Shown here in pieces: positions 45,245-53,384 of a DNA stretch of 64,000 nt. The notes under the pieces are model-generated. The model saw only the letters and a list, made by a program, of their open reading frames with translations, did not search any database and was not told the origin of the DNA. The stretch is from an uncultured Pirellulales bacterium (GTDB lineage: Bacteria > Planctomycetota > Phycisphaerae > Sedimentisphaerales > Anaerobacaceae): assembly GCA_964415045.1 (NCBI GenBank), contig CAYPZL010000001.1, forward strand, positions 14,210-78,209. The letters run 5' to 3'. A program made the position numbers and the translations under genes. The number at the start of each line of letters is the position of its first letter. The stretch's first letter is position 1.

Positions 45245-46231
45245 TCAATCTCTCTTCGTCGTCTGTTCGAGAACCGCTCTGGCCTGGCGGCAGTCCTCGG
45301 CAATCTGCGCCACGAGTTTCTCGGGTGTGCTGAATTTGTGCTGGCTGCGCAGGCGCCCAATGAAATCCATCGCCATCCACTTGCCGGTCATGTCGCCGAC
45401 GTTGTCCACGAGCAGGTGGGCCTCGATGAGCAGCGGATACTCCTCGCCGAACGTTCTGGCCTGCCCGATACTGAAGACGGCGGGGACGTGCTCGTTCTTC
45501 TGCAGCAGATCGTCCGCCGTGTCGGAGGTCTCGACCAAGCCGGCATAGACGCCGTCGGCCGGAATGATCTGTTTGGGTTTGCCCATGTTCAACGTGGGAA
45601 ACCCCAGCTTTCGCCCCCGGCCCCAGCCCGAGACGATAGGCCCGCTGAGCCGGTAGGGGCGCGACAGGGCCGCCGCGGCTTCGGCGACGTGGCCGCTTTG
45701 CAGCATGTAGCGGATCAGCGTGCTGGAGACCCGCATGTGCTTGCCCGAGGGCAGTTGCATTTGCCTGGCTGCAACGACGATCGTGTCGAACCCTTTCGTG
45801 CGTCCGAACTGCCGCAACGTCTCCACGTCGCCGGCGCGACCGGCGCCGAAGTTGAAGTCGTCCCCTTCGACGATGGCGGCCGGCTGGATCGCCGCCATCA
45901 GGAACTTGTCCACAAAGCCTTCCGGCGACAGCTCCAGCAGGGCCTTGTTGTCCTCCAGGACGATAATGCAGTCGTCGGCGTAGTCTTTGAGCAGGTGCAG
46001 CTTCATCGGCAGGGGCGTCAGGACGCCGGGCGCCTTCTCCGGCTGGAGAATGGCGACCGGATGCGGCTCGAAGGTCATCACGACGATCTCGGCGTTTTTC
46101 TCGACGGCGGTCCGGCGGGCGGTCCGCAGAATTTCCTGATGGCCCACGTGGACGCCGTCGAAGTTGCCGATCGTCAGCACGCACCCCTTCCGCACCCGGC
46201 GGCATTCTTCCATGGACGTTAGTACTTTCAT
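45245..46231 (-). CDS. ribF: bifunctional riboflavin kinase / FMN adenylyltransferase
   Basis: 'LTIGNFDGVHVGHQ', 'MTFEPHP', and kinase part 'GRKLGFPTLN'. The ORF extends to 46267. Confidence 0.9.
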   Translation of the reverse strand: MKVLTSMEECRRVRKGCVLTIGNFDGVHVGHQEILRTARRTAVEKNAEIVVMTFEPHPVAILQPEKAPGVLTPLPMKLHLLKDYADDCIIVLEDNKALLELSPEGFVDKFLMAAIQPAAIVEGDDFNFGAGRAGDVETLRQFGRTKGFDTIVVAARQMQLPSGKHMRVSSTLIRYMLQSGHVAEAAAALSRPYRLSGPIVSGWGRGRKLGFPTLNMGKPKQIIPADGVYAGLVETSDTADDLLQKNEHVPAVFSIGQARTFGEEYPLLIEAHLLVDNVGDMTGKWMAMDFIGRLRSQHKFSTPEKLVAQIAEDCRQARAVLEQTTKRD

Positions 46232-46455
46232 CGTAGCAAGCTCTTCATCGGCTTCCTGGATCTGCACGGTCAGTCATCGCCCGCTGCAGGGCACAACAGG
46301 ACCCGGCGTTTCGTCAGAATAGGTAAGAGTGTATCGTGTGACTGCCGCGACGCAACGGCTTTTTGAACCTGAGCTGCGCCGGGTGTACGCGGGGATGTCC
46401 GGAATGGTGGCGGGAGGCGGGGACGCAGAGGCAGAGGGATCGAGTCGCGGGTGCC

Positions 46456-47097
46456 TTAGCTTCCGTTTCGTTCTTTCAGTTGGGCCAGGCGTGCCTCGGC
46501 ACCGGTGTAGGCGGGATAGAACACCCTGATTTCCTCGAGGGTAAATTCGGCCTTTGTCGCATGTCCGACCTTCTCATAACACAGCGCCAGCATGTCCAAA
46601 GCCGCTTTGTGGCAGACAAACTCGTCTTTGCGATCCTGCTTTGTCTTGTCGGGTCCGAGCGTTCGCACGCGCTCGAAGTAGGGAATGGCCTGCTGATGCT
46701 GCTCGTCCTGGACGTACATCAGGCCCAGCTCGAAGTGAGCCGGCCCGTTAGCGGCGTCGGCCTCCGTGGCTCGATGGTAGGCCTCGTACGCCATCTCCCG
46801 ATTGCCCTGGGCCTTGTAGATGCGGGCCAGTTGATGCCACGCTCGGCTGTTGTCGCCGTCCAGCAGGAGGGCCTTGTTGCACTGTCGTCGGCAGTCTTCG
46901 TTCAAGCCGAAGTCGGCGTAAGCCTCGGCGCGGCTGAGGATATGGCTGACCATGAGCGGGCGCATGGCGATCAGCGCCAGGATGACAAAAATCACGCTCC
47001 AGGAGCCTTTGATGGCGATTTCTCTATAATCGCGCTTGCGACCGCGACGTTTTGGAAGGATGATCTGGCCGTTCAGCATATCGCACCCGTTAACCAA
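46456..47097 (-). CDS. membrane-anchored tetratricopeptide-repeat protein
   Basis: TM 'WSVIFVILALIAM' followed by TPR-like repeats ('AWHQLARIYKAQGNREMAYEAYHRA'). Confidence 0.65.
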   Translation of the reverse strand: MVNGCDMLNGQIILPKRRGRKRDYREIAIKGSWSVIFVILALIAMRPLMVSHILSRAEAYADFGLNEDCRRQCNKALLLDGDNSRAWHQLARIYKAQGNREMAYEAYHRATEADAANGPAHFELGLMYVQDEQHQQAIPYFERVRTLGPDKTKQDRKDEFVCHKAALDMLALCYEKVGHATKAEFTLEEIRVFYPAYTGAEARLAQLKERNGS

Positions 47098-47803
47098 CGA
47101 CGATGTAGTACAGGCCGAAAACCACGAGCATATTGCCGGCGAGCAACTGGATTCGCTGTTCCACCGAGCACATGCGGGTCCGCAGCCGTTTGATCAAGCC
47201 TGGTTTGAGCAGGGCAGCCACCACTCCGACGCCCAGAACCGGCAGCGCCTGTCCCAGGGCGAAGCTGACAAACAGCATCCAGCCGTATGGAGACAGATTT
47301 CCGGTTGCCACCATGCCGCCCAAAACGATCACCCCGGCGCCACAGGCCGGACAGGACGGAATCGTGAGCAAACCCGAGCCGAACCCAAGCAACAAAGCGC
47401 CGCACAGGCCAGCCTGGCCCGGGTGATCGGCGATGCGCTGCCACCTCTGAGGCAGGACCTGGGGACTTACCAGGCCGGATAGGAACAGCCCGGTAACCAG
47501 GAGCAGAACGCCGAAACCCCAGAAGAAGAGCTGGTTGATCTGGAGCAGCCCCAGGGGCGATTCGCCCGCCGAAGCCGCCAGCACGCCCAGAAGAACGGAA
47601 CTGATAACCAGGCCCAGTGCGAAGCAGCCCGTCAGGACCAGCGATTTCTTCCTGCTGTTGCTCGGTCCGGCTATGTACGCGAGCAGAATCGGCAGCCGGA
47701 AAACGGCACAGGAGCTCAGAGAGGCCGCAGCACCAATCCAGAGGACAAGCCAAAAGGCCTGGGAAGACGTGTCGCTCAGAGCTCTTTCCAACGTCGGGAT
47801 CAC
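47090..47803 (-). CDS. ccdA: cytochrome c biogenesis CcdA / DsbD-family thiol-disulfide transporter
   Basis: Six TM segments, with Cys in TM1 ('SLSSCAVFRLP') and TM4 ('PSCPACGAG'). 8-nt overlap with the TPR gene. Confidence 0.7.
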   Translation of the reverse strand: MIPTLERALSDTSSQAFWLVLWIGAAASLSSCAVFRLPILLAYIAGPSNSRKKSLVLTGCFALGLVISSVLLGVLAASAGESPLGLLQINQLFFWGFGVLLLVTGLFLSGLVSPQVLPQRWQRIADHPGQAGLCGALLLGFGSGLLTIPSCPACGAGVIVLGGMVATGNLSPYGWMLFVSFALGQALPVLGVGVVAALLKPGLIKRLRTRMCSVEQRIQLLAGNMLVVFGLYYIVVG

Positions 47804-47921
47804 GGCAATTCTCTTTCAAACAGGGCCTCGAAAGGCCGATTCCTGACACATCACGCACCGCCCGGAGGCGGCGACAGAGTTACACCTAAACTCTACGAAA
47901 TAAGAATCGCACGAGGAAATA

Positions 47922-47936
47922 TGCAACTAAGTTGCA
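47922..47936. promoter_or_regulatory. perfect 7-1-7 palindrome TGCAACT-A-AGTTGCA, candidate Fur/Zur operator
   Basis: Read directly. Overlaps the -35 hexamer of the promoter below. Confidence 0.5.
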
Positions 47937-47960
47937 AATCCTTCGTATATCTCATATAGT
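47932..47960 (+). promoter_or_regulatory. sigma70-like promoter TTGCAA-17nt-TATAGT for the His-rich membrane protein/Fur-family operon
   Basis: Hexamers at 47932-47937 and 47955-47960. Confidence 0.45.
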
Positions 47961-48008
47961 GTTTTCTCGGGGGGGCCAGATTTGGTGTTTGTAGGAGTGT
48001 GACCGGGT

Positions 48009-48854
48009 ATGCACGGGCGACTTACTGGCATTCTTTCCGAGCTGCGATCTCACGCACCCTTTACATTCTTCGGGGCGGCGACCGGAGTGGTGTGTATGCT
48101 CATCTTCAAAAACGTCGGTTCGGAAGTGAGCCATCGGCTTTTTCAGGTCTTTCATCCGGCCCACGTGGTGCTCTCGGCGATGGTTACGGCCTCGCTATAC
48201 GCCCTATACCAGCAAAAGAGGAATCTCCTGACGATTCTGCTGGTCGGTTACGTCGGCGCCGTGGGGGTCGCTACGCTGAGCGATTGCGTCCTGCCGTTTT
48301 TCGGTGAGACGATCCTGGGCGTGGCTGTTCCCGTACACGGGCATTTGCACGAATCTCCGGCCGAACACGAGCATGAAACCGAGGGGCCCGCGAACGAGCA
48401 CGACGCCGACGAACCTTCCCACGCGGATGAGGCCGCGCACGAACACGAGGCCGAGGCCGCGGGCGCCGCGCACGAGGAAGAGGATCACGATAGGACCGCC
48501 GGGTCGGAGTCGCATGAAGGGCCCCGAATTCACCTGGGTTTCATCGAGGACTGGTACCTGGTAAATCCCGCGGCGGTGCTGGGCGTGTTGATCGCCTTCT
48601 TCCTGCCGCACACGAAATTCCCCCACGCCGGTCACGTTTTGATCAGTACGTGGGCCTCCTCGTTTCACGTTCTCATGAATACGCACACGACGCTCTCGCC
48701 GGTGATGCTGGCGGGGATGTTGATCGTGCTCTTCGTGGCGGTCTGGCTGCCTTGCTGCATCAGTGACATTGTGTTTCCCATGCTCTTCGTGGCCCCGAAT
48801 GGTGTGAACATCGGCCATCACCATCACCACCACGGCCCGGAGGCATCCTCGTGA
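48009..48854 (+). CDS. uncharacterised 6-TM membrane protein with His/Glu/Asp-rich central loop and C-terminal His6 tail
   Basis: 3+3 TM layout with repeated 'HPAHVVLS' and 'HAGHVLIS'. Loop 'HGHLHESPAEHEHETEGPANEHDADEPSHADEAAHEHEAE...'. C-terminus 'GHHHHHHGP'. Confidence 0.6.
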   Translation: MHGRLTGILSELRSHAPFTFFGAATGVVCMLIFKNVGSEVSHRLFQVFHPAHVVLSAMVTASLYALYQQKRNLLTILLVGYVGAVGVATLSDCVLPFFGETILGVAVPVHGHLHESPAEHEHETEGPANEHDADEPSHADEAAHEHEAEAAGAAHEEEDHDRTAGSESHEGPRIHLGFIEDWYLVNPAAVLGVLIAFFLPHTKFPHAGHVLISTWASSFHVLMNTHTTLSPVMLAGMLIVLFVAVWLPCCISDIVFPMLFVAPNGVNIGHHHHHHGPEASS

Positions 48855-49291
48855 GCGCGCACGCCGCCAGGAAGGCCCGGGGCATGTTGAAAGCGGCGGG
48901 GCTGTACTGCACGCAGGCGCGCATGGGCGTGCTGGAAGCGCTCATGGAGGCGTCGAGCCCTCTGCCGCAGGATCGGATCGCCGAGCAAGTCGCCGCCGGT
49001 GCGTTCGACAAGGTCACGATCTATCGAACGCTCGAATCTCTCACGCAGGCGGGCCTGGTGCACCGTGCCTTCATGCACAGCCGCGCCTGGCATTTTGAGC
49101 TGGCGGATCATTGTACGGAGAAGCAGTGCCACCCGCACTTCACCTGTCTAAACTGCGGCCAAACCCGTTGCCTCACGGACACGTCGCTGCCGATGGTCAA
49201 GATCCCCCACGACGGTTTCGTGGTAAGCCGCCAACAGGTGCGGCTCGAAGGGCTTTGCCCCGACTGCGCGGCAAAGTCGCGACAGCCATGA
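48851..49291 (+). CDS. Fur-family metalloregulator (Zur-like)
   Basis: GTG start overlaps the upstream TGA. Winged-helix 'TIYRTLESLTQAGLV' plus 'CHPHFTCLNCG' and 'CPDC' metal sites. Confidence 0.8.
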   Translation: MSAHAARKARGMLKAAGLYCTQARMGVLEALMEASSPLPQDRIAEQVAAGAFDKVTIYRTLESLTQAGLVHRAFMHSRAWHFELADHCTEKQCHPHFTCLNCGQTRCLTDTSLPMVKIPHDGFVVSRQQVRLEGLCPDCAAKSRQP

Positions 49292-49389
49292 GAATCCGGC
49301 TCCCGCAACGAGATCTCCACAAGAGGACTTTTGAGAATAATCGCAGGAAATCTAAACATCTGACGGCCTGGTTTCCGATAAAAACGGAA

Positions 49390-50301
49390 ATGACTTTACG
49401 AACAAAGCTATTCGTTGGACTGTTGCTGCTGGGATGGATGACGACGGGGTGTCGAGGCCCGGGAGGGCCCGCGCCCAGCGTGGTTCTCGAAGAAGACACG
49501 ATTTCCGTCGAGGATCTGGCCTCGCGGCTGGGTCTGCGCGTCGACGAACGGACCGATACGTTCATTATCCTCAAGAACGCGACCAATACCGTGCTGATTT
49601 TCACCCACAGTGACGGCCGCTTCTTCGTCAACGGCAAGCCCATCGGTCCCGTCGGCAAGATCCGCAAAGCCGGCGGTACCGTTTTCGTCTCGGCGACGCT
49701 TGCTGCGCGGATTCGCCCCCACTTGGGCGCGGGGACGGCGCCGCCTCCCGTGGTCACGCGCCCGCCGACGGGCGTGGTGGTCATCGACCCGGGGCACGGC
49801 GGCAAGGACCCCGGCACCACCAGCGTCCACGGCGTGCAGGAAAAACGCATCAACCTGCAGGTCGCCACGAAAGTGGCCTCGATCCTGAGTCGCCGGGGCG
49901 TCAGTGTCACCCTGACTCGCCGGGACGATCGCTTCATCGAGCTGGAGGATCGCGCCGATGTAGCCAACCGCCGCCGCGCGGACCTCTTCGTCAGTCTGCA
50001 CGGCGACTCGGCCCCCGATCGCTCGGTGCAGGGCTTCACGCTGTACATCGCGCGGGCCGCGTCCCCCGAATCCTACAGTGCCGCCCGCGCCATCGGACGC
50101 GCCATGACCGGCACCGGCCTGGAAGATCGCGGCATTCGCCGGGCCGACTACCGCGTCCTCGTGCACACCCGGGGCCCGGCCGTCCTCGTCGAGATGGGCT
50201 ATCTCTCCAACGCCTGGGAGGCCTCGCGCCTCCAGGACAACGCCTTTCAGAACCGCCTCGCCGCCGCCATCGCCAACGGAATCCTGGCCTACTTGCGCTG
50301 A
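49390..50301 (+). CDS. N-acetylmuramoyl-L-alanine amidase (Amidase_3)
   Basis: Lipoprotein signal 'LLLLGWMTTGC'. 'VVIDPGHGGKDPG', 'ADLFVSLHGDS', 'VLVEMGYLSN'. Confidence 0.85.
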   Translation: MTLRTKLFVGLLLLGWMTTGCRGPGGPAPSVVLEEDTISVEDLASRLGLRVDERTDTFIILKNATNTVLIFTHSDGRFFVNGKPIGPVGKIRKAGGTVFVSATLAARIRPHLGAGTAPPPVVTRPPTGVVVIDPGHGGKDPGTTSVHGVQEKRINLQVATKVASILSRRGVSVTLTRRDDRFIELEDRADVANRRRADLFVSLHGDSAPDRSVQGFTLYIARAASPESYSAARAIGRAMTGTGLEDRGIRRADYRVLVHTRGPAVLVEMGYLSNAWEASRLQDNAFQNRLAAAIANGILAYLR

Positions 50302-50317
50302 TCCTACGCCTGCGCCC

Positions 50318-50346
50318 TTGATTTCACGCGCCCGCCCGGGTATTAT
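50318..50346 (+). promoter_or_regulatory. sigma70-like promoter TTGATT-17nt-TATTAT
   Basis: Hexamers at 50318-50323 and 50341-50346. Confidence 0.4.
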
Positions 50347-50445
50347 AAGACGTATACGAAGCAAGGCCACCGTACGGGCGGTCAAACCGACCTCTCGCAA
50401 CGGGGTTTCTCTGAGGCGCCGACACGATGTCGAGAAAGGGGCCAT

Positions 50446-51261
50446 ATGATGAAGCGTCAAGCCTTCACACTGATCGAGCTGCTCGTCGTCATCGCCGTCA
50501 TCGCCGTTCTCATGGCCATTCTCATGCCCGCGCTGAACCTGGCGAGGGACCAGGGCCGAAAGATGGCCTGCGCCAACAATCTCCACAGCCTGGCGCTGGC
50601 GAATCACCTCTACGCGGTCAACAACGATAACTGGGCCGTACCGTGCCGCTTCATCACAGACCAGGGAACCACCCTCTGGACCGCCAATGCCCAGTACCGC
50701 AAGTACATCGGCTACGAAGGCGAGGAAGATATGCCGGGGCAATCCGTCGTACAGACCCCCAAGAAGTACAAGTGCCCCAGTGACACGCAGAAGGCCTGGC
50801 TCCACGCCTACGACGTCGAGTCAGGCAACACGCGCGGAACCCTCGTCAGTTACGGCTACAACATCGAAGACTGGTTCCCCTCGGTCGGCTCGCCCTCCTG
50901 GAGCGGAACAATGGATATGAGCGTGCTGGGCTACAAGGTCTCGAGCATCTCGCAGCCGGCGCGGAAGCTCCAGTTCAACGAGGCCCACGACTGGTGGAGC
51001 AAGTGGCGCGGCGCCAACTACATCGACGGCTGGGACGTGCTCGGCCAGGATGGCACCGTGCAGGATTACAAGAACGCCGGGTGCGGCGGGCCCACCATGT
51101 ACCGCCACAACGAGGCCGCCAATCTCGCCTTCTACGACGGACACGTCGAGAGCTGGCGCAAGGAAAAGCTCTGGGTCCCCGAACACGCCGAGCCCCCATA
51201 CCAACCCGACATCTGGGTCGTCAAAAGAGACATCTGGCAAAAAAACGGCGGCGGCTCATAG
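50446..51261 (+). CDS. prepilin-type N-terminal methylation domain protein, DUF1559-like (H-X9-DG)
   Basis: '[26 protein letters not shown]' and C-terminal '[14 protein letters not shown]'. Confidence 0.85.
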   Translation: MMKRQAFTLIELLVVIAVIAVLMAILMPALNLARDQGRKMACANNLHSLALANHLYAVNNDNWAVPCRFITDQGTTLWTANAQYRKYIGYEGEEDMPGQSVVQTPKKYKCPSDTQKAWLHAYDVESGNTRGTLVSYGYNIEDWFPSVGSPSWSGTMDMSVLGYKVSSISQPARKLQFNEAHDWWSKWRGANYIDGWDVLGQDGTVQDYKNAGCGGPTMYRHNEAANLAFYDGHVESWRKEKLWVPEHAEPPYQPDIWVVKRDIWQKNGGGS

Positions 51262-51274
51262 GACTGGATGCCCA

Positions 51275-51303
51275 TTGAAGCGACGTGCTCGTTCGGGTAT
51301 AAT
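51275..51303 (+). promoter_or_regulatory. near-consensus promoter TTGAAG-17nt-TATAAT; the start codon lies only 7 nt after the -10 (leaderless mRNA likely)
   Basis: Hexamers at 51275-51280 and 51298-51303; ATG at 51310. Confidence 0.45.
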
Positions 51304-51309
51304 GGCGCC

Positions 51310-51492
51310 ATGACGGCGAAAGAAAAAGCTGTTCAGGCGGTGCAAGCGCTGCCCGATGACGCCTCCATCGAGGACGCCATGGAGCGACTGTTTCTGCTGG
51401 CCAAGGTTGAGAAGGGTCTCCGGCAGGCGGACGCAGGCGAACTGATCTCTCACGAAGAGGTCAAGGAGCGCATGGCCAAATGGCTCAGGTGA
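51310..51492 (+). CDS. type II antitoxin-like small protein (partner of a ParE/RelE-type toxin)
   Basis: 60 aa, 'VQALPDDASIEDAMERLFLLAKVEKGLRQADAGELISHEEVKERMAKWL'. Its stop overlaps the start of the toxin remnant. Confidence 0.55.
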   Translation: MTAKEKAVQAVQALPDDASIEDAMERLFLLAKVEKGLRQADAGELISHEEVKERMAKWLR

Positions 51493-51536
51493 GGTGGACC
51501 CCTCAGGCTGCGGGCGACCTCGATGCTATCCCGTAG
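51489..51536 (+). pseudogene. 15-codon remnant of a ParE/RelE-family toxin
   Basis: 'VRWTPQAAGDLDAIP*' matches typical ParE N-termini (xRWTPxAxxDLxxI). It is truncated exactly where GC content drops. Confidence 0.45.
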
Positions 51537-52290
51537 ACAGTCTCGTCAAGAGACTTGAGAGTGATGTGATATTCATACCACAGTTTCAGCGTAGCTTCGT
51601 TTGGTCAATAAACCAAGCCTCGCGGTTTATTGAGTCTCTTCTTCTGGGTTTGCCCGTTCCGGGCATCTTTCTATCGAAAGAACCAGAAACCGGTAAATTG
51701 TTGATTATAGATGGACAGCAACGTCTGAAAACACTTCAGTATTTCTACCAGGGCGTTTTTCACAATGGCAGAGAGTTTTCGCTCCAAAATGTGCAAGACC
51801 GCCTCCTCGGAAAGACTCATCGCACCCTTGATCAAACAGATGAGAACATCCTGGATGATTCAATCATCCAGGCGACGGTTGTGAAGCAGGATGAGCCGTC
51901 GGATGATGAGAGCAGCATTTATCATATTTTCGAGCGGTTGAATACTGGCGGCACGCAACTGCAGCCGCAAGAGATAAGAGCCTGCATTTTCCATGGGCCT
52001 TTCAACGATTTGCTGAATGAGCTGAACGATGAGCCAGCTTGGCGGCGGGTATTCGGACGCCACAGTAAGAGGCTCAAGGCCAGGAGTTGATCTTGCGATT
52101 CCTCGCGCTTTTCTTCAATATTGATGATTATGAGCGACCCATAAAGGAATTCCTGAACGACTACATGGGGAAGAATAGAAGACCGGCGAGAGAGAGCGCC
52201 GAACAACTTCGCACGGCCTTTCTGCCAACGATACGTTTCGTCAGCAGCGTTCTGGTGGGCAGGCCCCGCAGAGGCGACGCGATTGCGGGT
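51537..52290 (+). pseudogene. degraded DUF262 (GmrSD/ParB-nuclease-like) gene: 5'-clipped, frame-shifted near 52075-52090, 3'-truncated
   Basis: 'IPQFQRSFVW', 'DGQQRLKTL', 'ERLNTGGTQL' in the frame of 51494. It continues as 'ELILRFLALFFNIDDYERPIKEFLNDYM' in the frame of 52087. The segment is visibly AT-richer. Confidence 0.65.
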
Positions 52291-52416
52291 TTGCATGTAA
52301 AGGCTTTTCGGGAAAAGCGGTTATGGTTTTTGTGTTCTTTGGCTCTTTGGCGAGCGGTTGGGGCGGAGGGGCCTGGGGCGGCTTTGGTGTGGACTTGGCG
52401 GGGGCCAGTCGGTAGG

Positions 52417-53373
52417 ATGGCGGCCATGAAAACGTATCCATTGATATCGGTTCCGGTGTTCAAAGAGCGGATCTGGGGTGGGCAGACGTTGCGGGAGGCC
52501 TTCGGCAAGGACCTGCCTGCCGGCGCGCGGATCGGAGAGAGCTGGGAGGTGGCGGACCTGCCGCAGGGCCAATCGACCATCGCCAACGGCGAATTTCAGG
52601 GTCGCACGCTGGGCTCGGTGGTCGCTCAATATCCGGAAGAGATCGCGGGCCGGCGGGATTTCCCGACGCCGTTTCCGCTGCTGATCAAGCTGCTCGACGC
52701 TCGCGACATCCTCAGCGTGCAGGTGCATCCGGACCCGGCGACGTGCCGGCGGATGGGCCGGGGCCAGCCCAAGACCGAGTGCTGGTACATCATCCGGGCC
52801 GAGCCCGGCGCGTACATCTACAAGGGCCTCAAGCAGGGCGTTACGAGAGAAGCCTTCGCCCGCGCGATTGAAGAGGGTACCACGGCCGAACTGCTCGCGA
52901 AGGTCCCCGTCGAGGCGGGGCAATGTCACTTTCTGCCCGCCGGCACGCCGCACAGCATCGGCGCCGGCCTGCTCATTGCCGAGATTCAAACGCCGTCGGA
53001 CACGACCTACCGCGTCTTCGATTGGAACCGGGTCGACGATGCGGGCCGGCCCCGGGAACTGCATATCGCCGAAGCGCTGGAGAGCATTCATTTCGACGCC
53101 TCCGGCGACGAACTCGGCGTCACGACGGTGGGCCGGCTGGTCGATTGCGAATACTTCAAGGTCGACAAGGGCCACCGGGCCGCCGGCTGCGAGCTTCTGC
53201 TGTCACCGGGTCGGATGAAGACGCTGGTCTTCCTCAGCGGCGGCGGGGTGATTGTCTCGGCCGAGGCCGAGCCGGTAGCGTTCAAGGCCGGCGACTGTCT
53301 CATCGTCCCGGCCGCGTTCAGCGGCGCCGCGACGTTCGAGAAAGAGACGCAGTACCTCAGTGTGACCATCTGA
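52417..53373 (+). CDS. manA: class I mannose-6-phosphate isomerase
   Basis: 'KERIWGGQ', 'GESWEV', 'LSVQVHPD', 'ECWYII', 'PAGTPHSIG'. Alternative ATG at 52426. Confidence 0.85.
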   Translation: MAAMKTYPLISVPVFKERIWGGQTLREAFGKDLPAGARIGESWEVADLPQGQSTIANGEFQGRTLGSVVAQYPEEIAGRRDFPTPFPLLIKLLDARDILSVQVHPDPATCRRMGRGQPKTECWYIIRAEPGAYIYKGLKQGVTREAFARAIEEGTTAELLAKVPVEAGQCHFLPAGTPHSIGAGLLIAEIQTPSDTTYRVFDWNRVDDAGRPRELHIAEALESIHFDASGDELGVTTVGRLVDCEYFKVDKGHRAAGCELLLSPGRMKTLVFLSGGGVIVSAEAEPVAFKAGDCLIVPAAFSGAATFEKETQYLSVTI

Positions 53374-53384
53374 CCGCTCTTTGG

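Noticed and set aside
49111-49389. N-terminal extension of the amidase ORF overlapping the Fur-family gene. The same pattern of upstream ORF extensions appears at 24371-24457, 17001-17078, 33413-33835, 23339-23659 and 59135-59440.
   Set aside because: The extensions overlap well-supported upstream genes and are compositionally Arg/Pro-rich. Internal starts with signal peptides, an RBS or stop-start overlaps fit better.
52087-53373. Single 428-aa ORF in the supplied track.
   Set aside because: It is a chimera. The first ~70 codons continue the decayed DUF262 frame, and the ManA signature only begins at Met 52417/52426. It was split into a pseudogene tail plus manA.
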